Part shown: in pieces, positions 37,944 through 45,538 of the stretch
Numbering within the stretch: position 1 is the stretch's first letter
How the letters are laid out: each line of letters begins with the position of its first letter
IMG/VR virus record: IMGVR_UViG_3300019373_000002
Strand: one strand, 5' to 3'
DNA from: a virus
Length of the DNA stretch: 49,089 bases
Notes under the pieces: generated by a model
Told to the model about the DNA's origin: nothing
Databases searched by the model: none
Seen by the model: only the letters and a program-made list of their open reading frames with translations
Position numbers and translations under genes: made by a program

Positions 37944-39087
37944 TATTACATACCCAGATGTTGAATTTGTTGAAACAGACACGGAAACGGTCATTTCAAA
38001 CATGATTGCGCTTTATGAAGAACTGGTGAAGCAGTCCGGGCGTGAAAATTACCAAGTACAGCCCGGAAGCCCGGAACGCATATTTATTTCATGGATGGCG
38101 GCAGTCATAGTCCAGCAGCGTGTATTGATAAATGAAACAGCAAAAATGAATGTTCCGAGGTATGCGGCGAAGTCCGAAAATGAAGATTATCTGGACAGTC
38201 TGGCAGAGATATTCAAAGACATACAAAGGTTGCCAGCTTCCCCGGCTTCCGCAACATTCAGATTTTACATATCGGAAGCCCAGAGCGGAGCAACAATCAT
38301 TCCGGCTGGCACACGCATTTCATTTGACGGCGTGATTATGTTTGCAACAGAAGAAGAACTGACAATCCCGGCTGGCAGCACATACGGTGATGTTACGGGA
38401 ATTTGCACACAAGCCGGAACGGTGGGGAACGGGCTTGCAATAGGACAAGTCAAAGAAGTGGTTGACCTATACGACCATTACCAGAAAGCGGAAAATATAA
38501 CAGCGACAAGCGGCGGCGCAGAAAAGGAAGACAACGCCAGCTATTATGAGCGTATGCGGGAAAGCATGGAAAGTTTTTCAACGGCAGGTCCCGTCAATGG
38601 GTACATATACTGGACGAAGACAACATCCCCGGCGGTATCAGATGTTGCGGTATCAAGCCCGGACGCTTGCGAAGTAGATGTGAGGGTACTGTTAAAAGAC
38701 GGGCAGGAAGCAACGGAAACCATATTGCAGGAAATAGAAGACGCTTTGAACGCTTCTGACATACGCCCTTTGACAGATATTGTGACGGTATCAACGCCGG
38801 ATGAAGTCAATTTTTCGGTGGATGTGACATTTTACATAGCCCAGCCGAACGCAAACAGCGCAGCGGCGATTGACGCAGCGGTGCGGCAAGCGGTAGCGGA
38901 CTATATAACATGGCAGACCGCAAAAATGGGGCGTGACATAAACCCGTCATATTTAATTCAAATGATGATGGAAGCCGGGGCAAAGCGTGTTGTTGTGACC
39001 CAGCCGACTTATGCGGCAATCGGTGACATTGAGGTTGCAAAGCTGACCACAAGCACGGTGACGAATGGGGGGCTGGAAGATGTCTGA
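37936..39087 (+). CDS. Baseplate protein J-like
   Basis: 383 aa. The size and its position between the W-like and I-like genes fit. Confidence 0.7.
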   Translation: MSDITYPDVEFVETDTETVISNMIALYEELVKQSGRENYQVQPGSPERIFISWMAAVIVQQRVLINETAKMNVPRYAAKSENEDYLDSLAEIFKDIQRLPASPASATFRFYISEAQSGATIIPAGTRISFDGVIMFATEEELTIPAGSTYGDVTGICTQAGTVGNGLAIGQVKEVVDLYDHYQKAENITATSGGAEKEDNASYYERMRESMESFSTAGPVNGYIYWTKTTSPAVSDVAVSSPDACEVDVRVLLKDGQEATETILQEIEDALNASDIRPLTDIVTVSTPDEVNFSVDVTFYIAQPNANSAAAIDAAVRQAVADYITWQTAKMGRDINPSYLIQMMMEAGAKRVVVTQPTYAAIGDIEVAKLTTSTVTNGGLEDV

Positions 39088-40081
39088 AACAATTTACAAT
39101 AGTGATTTTTCAAAATATCTTCCACAATCCTTGCAGCGTGACCCCAAAATGGTTGCATTTGCAAAAGCCGCAACAGAACAAATGCTGGAAGTTTCCGGGC
39201 TTTCAGATGATGTGTTGATATATTCACGCATTGACGATTTGCCGGAAGATATAGTGGATGTGCTGGCGTATGACTTCCATGTTGACTGGTACGATTATTC
39301 ATACCCGCTTGCAGCAAAACGGGACTTGCTGAAAACCAGCGTTCGTGTGCATAAGAAGATGGGGACAAAATACGCCATAGAAAAAGCACTGTCCGCATTA
39401 TACCCGGAAAGTGAAGTGGAAGAATGGTTTGAATATGAGGGAGAGCCGGGACACTTCCAGATTGTGTGTGATGTGACAAATTCAAGGATAGTGGCAAGCC
39501 TTGCGGACATTATAAGGGCAGTGAAGCTATACAAAAGGCTTTCCGCACATTTGGACGGCGTGGCATTTCAAGCGCACATACATTGCGAGATACAGACACA
39601 CGCTGAATATTTCCGTTACCATACGCCATTGACCGGGCGATTGAAAGCCGGGACACATCCGCAGAGGAACAGACGGGGCGTGAATTACGGAAATGACATT
39701 GTGGTGGGTACGGAAGCGGCAGGATTTATTTTCAGAAATCCGGCAGCAGGAACAATCCCATATAGAAACATGGTATTTCATAGCCAGACAGCGCAGATTG
39801 ACGCTGAAACGGCGTTGAATGTGTTTGGGTATAGAAATACAGCAGCGGGGCAGATAAACGCCGGAGAAAGCCCACAGAGAAGCCATAGAGGGCAGAACAC
39901 GGCGGCAGCGGTGGAAGCGCAGGACGCAGCAGCGGCATATCACTTCACAAGCACGGCAGCAGGAACGGTCCCGGAAAGAAGCACGGTGCAGCGAACCGAG
40001 GGCGGGGCGGTAGAAAACACGATTGCGGCAACGGCGTTTTCATATTCCGTCAAGCAGTGCGGAAGCACCCGGAAATTATAG
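39080..40081 (+). CDS. Tail protein I-like with a repeat-bearing C-terminal extension
   Basis: YLPQSLQRDPKMVAFAKA..DVLAYDFHVDWYD..KRDLLKTSVRVHKKMGTKYAIEKAL is gpI-like. The C-terminus has four AGxxPxR-type repeats. The ATG overlaps the gpJ stop. Confidence 0.65.
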   Translation: MSETIYNSDFSKYLPQSLQRDPKMVAFAKAATEQMLEVSGLSDDVLIYSRIDDLPEDIVDVLAYDFHVDWYDYSYPLAAKRDLLKTSVRVHKKMGTKYAIEKALSALYPESEVEEWFEYEGEPGHFQIVCDVTNSRIVASLADIIRAVKLYKRLSAHLDGVAFQAHIHCEIQTHAEYFRYHTPLTGRLKAGTHPQRNRRGVNYGNDIVVGTEAAGFIFRNPAAGTIPYRNMVFHSQTAQIDAETALNVFGYRNTAAGQINAGESPQRSHRGQNTAAAVEAQDAAAAYHFTSTAAGTVPERSTVQRTEGGAVENTIAATAFSYSVKQCGSTRKL

Positions 40082-40097
40082 CAAAGGAGGATAAACC

Positions 40098-40403
40098 ATG
40101 CTGACAACGCAAGCAAAAGAAGATTTCAAAGATTTCATTGAAAGAATTATCAGCTATGCGGTTGTTACGGTCAATGGGACAGCCACAAGAAAAGCTATTC
40201 ACCGCAAAGAACGGCTTTCAGATGGCAGGGTGGCAATTTACATTGAGATTACGCCACAGACCGCCGCAACCATAACGAAAGTGCAGCTTTACAACACAGC
40301 AAACAAGTTGTGGGCTGAAAAGTCGGAAAGCATAAGTCTTTCAAGCGTACAAGAGGGCGCATTGTACCGCTTTGTGTTCGACTTTGTAGAAAAGGAGGTG
40401 TAA
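40098..40403 (+). CDS. Hypothetical tail-fibre-module protein
   Basis: 101 aa with an AGGAGG RBS. Confidence 0.45.
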   Translation: MLTTQAKEDFKDFIERIISYAVVTVNGTATRKAIHRKERLSDGRVAIYIEITPQTAATITKVQLYNTANKLWAEKSESISLSSVQEGALYRFVFDFVEKEV

Positions 40404-40409
40404 AAGGCA

Positions 40410-40904
40410 ATGTATGAACCGAAAATCTGGCAAGACCATGTGACGGAATATGAAAACCGTTACAGAGAGAGCAGCAACGGTGATGGAACTATCACGCACA
40501 CACCAGTTGAGGGCGAAGTTATCCAGCAGGGAACGCCGCAGAACGCAGCGAACTTCAACCACATGGAAGATGGTATTGGAAACAGCACGGAACTTGCGGC
40601 ACTGCTTGCAATAGAGAAGATACACAGTGACCAGTCTATTGCAGACCTTAAAGGCGAAACAATAACGGTGACGCTGACCAATAGCCAGCAGTACCCGTTC
40701 AACAATTCTGAAACGACAGTTTCGCTAACAAAGGTTAGAAACCATCTTGACTATACCGTGGACGCAGAAGTTGCGGAATATTCCGGGGGATTTCCCGGAA
40801 GCATTAAGATTTCCGCAAAGCTATTAAACGGCTTCAAGGTTGCATTTGACGGAAGCGCAGCCAGCGTGACAGTCAAACTATATGTGAAAGGTGGGTTTTA
40901 TTGA
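40410..40904 (+). CDS. Tail-fibre-like protein
   Basis: The N-terminal W.DHVTEY....Y......G...GTPQNAANFNHMEDGIGN pattern is common in Firmicutes prophage fibre proteins. Confidence 0.5.
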   Translation: MYEPKIWQDHVTEYENRYRESSNGDGTITHTPVEGEVIQQGTPQNAANFNHMEDGIGNSTELAALLAIEKIHSDQSIADLKGETITVTLTNSQQYPFNNSETTVSLTKVRNHLDYTVDAEVAEYSGGFPGSIKISAKLLNGFKVAFDGSAASVTVKLYVKGGFY

Positions 40905-41083
40905 TGGCAGCAGTTATTATCAAGAATGAGGAACGCAGGGAACATGAAGCAGCGGTGTTGCGTTCTTTTGGCGTATCTGGCGAGGTAACAGCGGCGCAGC
41001 GGGACGCAGCGGAAGTGATAGCAGCCCGCAGCCGTGAAGTTGTAGAGCAAGGAGGAAAAGAAAATGGCAAAAAATACTGGTAA
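40901..41083 (+). CDS. Small hypothetical protein
   Basis: 60 aa, overlapping its neighbours. Confidence 0.3.
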   Translation: MMAAVIIKNEERREHEAAVLRSFGVSGEVTAAQRDAAEVIAARSREVVEQGGKENGKKYW

Positions 41084-41432
41084 CACTATTCAAGTTGTCG
41101 AGAAAGCACCGGGAAAGCCGCACATTGAATATGCGCTTTCTGCCGGAAAGAAAATCACTTTTGGTGATGATGAACTGACAATCAATCTGGCTGCAAGGGA
41201 GCGTGACGAAAAAGTGACGCTTGACATTTGCATTGACGCAGAAGACGGCATTGTGATTGGCGTTGGCGGCACTGCCCAGAGATACGCAGCGCAAGTTGAA
41301 ATCCCGGCAAGGCGTTATGATGTTATCGAAGACGGCGAAGACGAAATGACGGGAGAGGTTAGGGAAGTACCCGTGCCAATTCCGTTTGATATGTCACTTT
41401 GCACACTTACATTATGGGAAATGGAGGTATAA
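41064..41432 (+). CDS. Hypothetical protein
   Basis: 122 aa. GGAGG lies upstream of the ATG. Confidence 0.4.
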   Translation: MAKNTGNTIQVVEKAPGKPHIEYALSAGKKITFGDDELTINLAARERDEKVTLDICIDAEDGIVIGVGGTAQRYAAQVEIPARRYDVIEDGEDEMTGEVREVPVPIPFDMSLCTLTLWEMEV

Positions 41433-41438
41433 GAAATC

Positions 41439-42497
41439 ATGGCGAATTTTGATGATTTAAGCATGGCGGTTGCTTCTTTTGGGGGCAACAACAAGGTCAT
41501 TTTTGACGATTTGGAAAAGCCGTCAATCATGGTCGGCGTTCCGAAGATGAAGTTTTCTGACATTATCACCGGGGGTACGCAGGATATAGCGGATGTATTC
41601 AAGGTTGATGGCGTAGAGCGTGATTTGCTTTACATTTCAAAGTACATCAACATTGTGGTGAATGACCGTGCATATTCACTGCCCATGAAAGACCCCAAAG
41701 CATATATCAACTTTGACCAGTCACTTGCGGCTTGCCGTAAAAAAGGTGCTGGCTGGGGGCTTACGCCAAACGCTTTACGGGGCGCAATCATTTTGTGGTG
41801 CAACCGCAACAACTTTTTACCAAGGGGCAACACAAACTGGGACGCAAGCTATGAAAAGGCGTATGAAAGGGGCGTAAACACATACATTGACGGAAACCAC
41901 GGCGGCGGCAGAACTGCAACTGGCAGCGGTCCCGCTACATGGTATCATGACGGCACGGTTGGCGGCATTGCCGATATGTGCGGTGATGTATGGGAATGGG
42001 TCGCTGGTATGCGCATTGTAAACGGCGAAATCCAGATTATCCCTTACGGCAACTGCATGAAGTTAGATTGCGACATGAGCGCAGATAGCACGGAATGGAA
42101 AGCGATTAAGCCGGATGGAACACTGGTTGACCCCGGAACTGCCGGAACGCTTCACTATGACTGGCAGAGCAGCAATATTGTTATCAATACGGCTACAAAT
42201 TCAACTTTCAACCAGAACAAGCCGTTTAATAGCATAGCGGCACAGTCCGGCGTGAACATTCCACAGATTTTGAAACTTCACGGAATTGTCAAAGATACCA
42301 ATGATATTTACGCCGCTACGGGACACCAGCATTATATCAATACTGACGGCGAGCGGCTTCCGTTCCGGGGGTCGAACTTCGGCGACGCTTCCAGCGGCGG
42401 TGTTGGTGCGTTGTCCTTGTACTACGCCCGTTCCGGCTCCTACAACTCCGTTGGCTTCCGCTCCGCTTATGATGAAAAACTGGCAACTGCAAACTGA
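41439..42497 (+). CDS. DGR target: receptor-binding protein with an FGE-sulfatase / C-type-lectin-fold domain and a C-terminal variable region
   Basis: 352 aa. Contains MCGDVWEWVAG (GxVWEW signature). The VR occupies codons for PFRGSNFGDASSGGVGALSLYYARSGSYNSVGFRSA, ending 29 nt before the stop. Confidence 0.85.
   Translation: MANFDDLSMAVASFGGNNKVIFDDLEKPSIMVGVPKMKFSDIITGGTQDIADVFKVDGVERDLLYISKYINIVVNDRAYSLPMKDPKAYINFDQSLAACRKKGAGWGLTPNALRGAIILWCNRNNFLPRGNTNWDASYEKAYERGVNTYIDGNHGGGRTATGSGPATWYHDGTVGGIADMCGDVWEWVAGMRIVNGEIQIIPYGNCMKLDCDMSADSTEWKAIKPDGTLVDPGTAGTLHYDWQSSNIVINTATNSTFNQNKPFNSIAAQSGVNIPQILKLHGIVKDTNDIYAATGHQHYINTDGERLPFRGSNFGDASSGGVGALSLYYARSGSYNSVGFRSAYDEKLATAN
42359..42468 (+). 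repeat. DGR variable repeat (VR)
   Basis: 110 bp aligned without gaps to 43084..43193. There are 15 mismatches, and all lie opposite TR adenines. Confidence 0.9.
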
Positions 42498-42506
42498 TAA
42501 ACTGCG

Positions 42507-42528
42507 GGGGCTTGCGACAGCAAGCCCC
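42507..42528 (+). promoter_or_regulatory. GC-rich hairpin downstream of the VR (9-bp stem, 4-nt loop)
   Basis: GGGGCTTGC-gaca-GCAAGCCCC, starting 9 nt after the target stop codon. No strong T-tract follows. Confidence 0.6.
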
Positions 42529-42569
42529 ATCCACTAAAAACAACAGAGAATATAAGCGGGGTGCGATAA

Positions 42570-43016
42570 GTGGAAACGATAGAAGAACAGTTGCCGCCGC
42601 TGGATGAAGTGCGGGACGAAGCAACGCAGGAAGACTTCAAGACGAAAAACAAAGTCTATGAATTATTGTTGTATGCCGGACCGCAGCTTGAACAATTCCC
42701 AAAGTCGCAAAGGGTGCTTGCAAACGAAATCCGGGAAACCATGCTGCAAATACTGCGGCTGGTTGTCACGCTGGAAAACAAGCACTACAAGAAAACCACG
42801 CTGGGAGAATTAGACAATGAAGTTGATGTGCTGCGGCATTTGGTGCGGCTTGCAGCTGACCCAAACTATATGGCGAACAAAAAGCCGTGCTTGCCCATGA
42901 AGAAATATGAGCAAATGTCAAAGAAAATCAATGAAATTGGCTGCATGATAGGCGGTTATTATAAGTCTTTGAATGGAAACCCGGCGAACGCCGGAAAACA
43001 GACAAAGAAGAAATAA
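42570..43016 (+). CDS. avd: DGR accessory variability determinant (Avd, four-helix-bundle protein)
   Basis: 148 aa, basic. FPKSQRVLANEIRETMLQILRLVV...LDNEVDVLRHLVRLA...INEIGCMIGGYYKSL matches the Avd pattern. GTG start. Confidence 0.8.
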   Translation: METIEEQLPPLDEVRDEATQEDFKTKNKVYELLLYAGPQLEQFPKSQRVLANEIRETMLQILRLVVTLENKHYKKTTLGELDNEVDVLRHLVRLAADPNYMANKKPCLPMKKYEQMSKKINEIGCMIGGYYKSLNGNPANAGKQTKKK

Positions 43017-43020
43017 AAGG

Positions 43021-43045
43021 CTGGGGCGTTCTGCCCCGGTTTTTT
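43021..43045 (+). terminator. Terminator-like hairpin between avd and the TR
   Basis: CTGGGGC-gttct-GCCCCGG (one G:U pair) followed by TTTTTT. Confidence 0.45.
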
Positions 43046-43083
43046 ATATACGGGAATAAGCCGTACAGTAGGGATTTAGCCGG

Positions 43084-43193
43084 TCCGTTCCGGGGGTCGA
43101 ACTTCAACAACACTTCCAACGGCGGTGTTGGTGCGTTGAACTTGAACAACGCCCGTTCCAACTCCAACAACAACATTGGCTTCCGCTCCGCTT
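43084..43193 (+). repeat. DGR template repeat (TR)
   Basis: Non-coding copy of the VR built from AAC codons (11 AAC, plus ACT and ATT; 24 adenines). Confidence 0.9.
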
Positions 43194-43454
43194 CACCCCA
43201 TTTTTGCCAGATAGACAGCGGCACAAGTGCCGTTGCCCCGTGCATTTGGGTTTAAGGGGTTTATTTCCGTTTCAAAAGGGACCACGGATGGGAACTGGCG
43301 AAAGAAGATTGAATTGCCGTGAAAACTGTTAGTAGGTTGATTGTGGACCGAAAGCCAGCAGCAATGCTGGATGTATAAGTTATGTTTGAAATGAGTAAAA
43401 CCAAAGTAGATTTGCACGGCACTTTTTATTTTATCAAGACGGGAGGGAAAAGGA
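43194..43454 (+). ncRNA. TR-RT spacer, presumed part of the DGR template RNA
   Basis: 261 nt with no credible ORF between the TR end and the RT start. In BPP-1 this region is the spacer RNA needed for priming. Confidence 0.5.
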
Positions 43455-44657
43455 TTGCAGACCATCAAAAACATTTTCCCTTTGATTTATGATTTTGAAA
43501 ATCTGCACAATGCCTATAAGAAAGCCATAAAATGCAAACGGTACAGACCGGATGTGATGGCGTACACGGACAAGCTGGAAGAAAATCTGATTGAATTACA
43601 GAATGAATTTATCTGGCTGACCTATGAAGTGGGACGCTATAACATTTTCTATGTGTACGAACCTAAAAAGCGCATGATTATGTCATTGCAATTCAAAGAC
43701 CGGGTGGCGCAACACGCAATATATGCGCAGCTGAACCCGTATTTTGAAAAACAGTTTATCTTTGACAGCTACGCTTGCAGGGTCGGCAAGGGAACGCACC
43801 GGGCAGTCAACCGCTTGTATGGATGGCTGAAACAGACGGACAGAAAGCCGCAGCGGTGGTATTATTTGAAGCTTGACATTTCAAAGTATTTTTACCGTGT
43901 TGACCATGAAATTTTAATGGGTATCTTGCAAAGGAAGATTGCTGACAAGGATTTGTTGCACATTCTTTCAGTGATTATAAATTGCGAAGACACCCATTTT
44001 GGTTTACCGCTGGGCGCAGATGTGGGCAATGTTGCCTATGATGAATTGTTGGGAGAAGTAGGGCTGCCGATTGGCAATCTTACTTCACAAATGTTCGCAA
44101 ACCTATATTTGAACGAACTTGACCAGCACTGCAAGCACCATTTGAAGCTGCGTTATTACATCCGATACATGGACGATATTATTATTTTGCACCCGGACAA
44201 AGTATTTCTTGAACGGGTAAAGCAGGATATAGCAGCGTTTCTGGATGAAAAGTTGCGGTTGCAGCTGAACAACAAAACTTGCATAAGACCAACAAGCATG
44301 GGCATTGAATTTGCCGGCTTCCGGGTATGGTCAACCCATATCAAGTTACGGAAGAAGACAGCAAAGAAACTGAAAAAGCGTTTGAAGTATATGTTTGGGG
44401 CATACGCTGCCGGGGAGATTGACCGGGCAACGCTTGACCGCAGTATTGCTTCATACAAGGGCATATTGCAGCACTTCAACAGCTACGGTCTGCGGCAAAG
44501 TCTGAATGGGCTATATGTCAAGGAAACGAAGAAAGAAAAAGCAGAAAAGAGGGCAGAAGCGGTGGAAAATGTAGAAGCGGTGGAAAATGTAGGGCAAGCC
44601 GCAGAAAGCCCGGAAAACAAGGAGGGACAGACAAAACATGGGAGTACAGACGATTGA
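43455..44657 (+). CDS. DGR-type reverse transcriptase
   Basis: 400 aa. LPIGNLTSQMFANLYLNELD (a DGR-clade signature) and YIRYMDDIIIL (YxDD). TTG start after GGGAGGG. Confidence 0.9.
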   Translation: MQTIKNIFPLIYDFENLHNAYKKAIKCKRYRPDVMAYTDKLEENLIELQNEFIWLTYEVGRYNIFYVYEPKKRMIMSLQFKDRVAQHAIYAQLNPYFEKQFIFDSYACRVGKGTHRAVNRLYGWLKQTDRKPQRWYYLKLDISKYFYRVDHEILMGILQRKIADKDLLHILSVIINCEDTHFGLPLGADVGNVAYDELLGEVGLPIGNLTSQMFANLYLNELDQHCKHHLKLRYYIRYMDDIIILHPDKVFLERVKQDIAAFLDEKLRLQLNNKTCIRPTSMGIEFAGFRVWSTHIKLRKKTAKKLKKRLKYMFGAYAAGEIDRATLDRSIASYKGILQHFNSYGLRQSLNGLYVKETKKEKAEKRAEAVENVEAVENVGQAAESPENKEGQTKHGSTDD

Positions 44658-45141
44658 CCCAGCAAGCGTCTGGGAGTTAGTGAAAACGCTTCTGGGATGG
44701 CTTGCAGGAATAGGGATTGTGATTGATTTAACGCCGGGGCTGAAATTCCAGCCCGTGCGCTGGCTTCTGTCACGGCTGGGAAATCTCATAAATGCGGACA
44801 TTAAGAAGCAACTTGACGGCTTGCAAAAGGAATTTACAGAATTTAAGGTGGACGCATGGCGCACGGAAATACTGGATTTTTCCGACAGTTGCATAAACCA
44901 TCAAAGGCACACGAAAGAACAATTTGACCATGTTATTGATACTCTGGACAAATACGAAAAGTATATCACGGAAAACAAGCTGAAAAACGGGCAAGTGGAT
45001 GTTGCCCATGAATACATTCTGGAGATATACAAGCAGTGTATGCGTGACAATGATTTTGCGCTGGACGAAGAAGACGAAAAAGCCAGAAAGAAAGCAGCGC
45101 AGACGGCACGAAGCAAAAGAAGTGGAGGTGACGCAAAGTGA
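44638..45141 (+). CDS. Hypothetical protein with an N-terminal TM helix, at the start of the lysis cassette
   Basis: 167 aa. TM segment LLGWLAGIGIVIDL. It overlaps the RT 3' end by 20 nt. Confidence 0.45.
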   Translation: MGVQTIDPASVWELVKTLLGWLAGIGIVIDLTPGLKFQPVRWLLSRLGNLINADIKKQLDGLQKEFTEFKVDAWRTEILDFSDSCINHQRHTKEQFDHVIDTLDKYEKYITENKLKNGQVDVAHEYILEIYKQCMRDNDFALDEEDEKARKKAAQTARSKRSGGDAK

Positions 45142-45518
45142 AGTATCTGTTATTTTTCATTATCGGATTTATGCTGGCGGTTGCATTGTTCATCATTTAC
45201 AATCTTCCGGCATTGCAGAAAAGGCGCAGGAGAAGAAAGCAGGAACTTGAAGAACACCCGGAAAGAAAAGGCGGCACAACAAAAGTGCTGCTTTTTTCAA
45301 TTCTCATAACATACTACATTGCATTTGCAGTGGGCGTGTGGGTTGTTGTCTTTCAAGATGTGTACCAGCTGCAAACGCTTCTGGCATTTGTCGGCGGCGT
45401 GACGGGTGCGGCGGTTGCTTTCTACTGCTGGAAAGCAAAAGCAGAAAACTTGCTGAAAATCAAAGCAGCAAACCCGGACTTGTGTGGGTCGCTGTCTGAT
45501 TTCTCAAATATGCAGTAA
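45138..45518 (+). CDS. Holin-like membrane protein (3 predicted TM helices)
   Basis: Three hydrophobic stretches in 126 aa. The GTG start overlaps the previous stop, and the gene sits just upstream of the endolysin. Confidence 0.5.
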   Translation: MKYLLFFIIGFMLAVALFIIYNLPALQKRRRRRKQELEEHPERKGGTTKVLLFSILITYYIAFAVGVWVVVFQDVYQLQTLLAFVGGVTGAAVAFYCWKAKAENLLKIKAANPDLCGSLSDFSNMQ

Positions 45519-45538
45519 ATGAAATGGAGGGATAGCAC

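Larger units (their letters stand above)
41439..44657 (+). mobile_element. Diversity-generating retroelement cassette (target-VR, avd, TR, RT)
   Basis: All four canonical parts are present in BPP-1-like order; see the component features. Confidence 0.9.

Noticed and set aside
41439-42497. A second DGR target or VR elsewhere in the window.
   Set aside because: I saw no other copy of the A-free 3' block GGCTTCCGCTCCGC or of the TR 5' block CCGTTCCGGGGGTCGAAC outside the one VR and the TR. This is by-eye only and should be confirmed by a computational search.
42928-43245. ORF 42928..43245 (-), 105 aa, covering the TR.
   Set aside because: It overlaps the avd 3' end and the TR on the opposite strand, has no RBS, and its sequence is explained by the AAC-rich TR.
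44556-44591. A perfect 18-bp tandem duplication (GAAGCGGTGGAAAATGTA x2) near the RT 3' end.
   Set aside because: It is in frame and simply encodes EAVENV twice in the unstructured acidic tail of the RT. It is probably a slippage duplication, and nothing suggests a function.
43455-44657. The reverse transcriptase as a retron, group II intron or abortive-infection RT.
   Set aside because: An adenine-mismatched TR/VR pair and an Avd gene are adjacent. I saw no msr/msd-like inverted repeats, intron RNA domains or maturase/endonuclease extension, and the IGNLTSQ motif is typical of DGR RTs.
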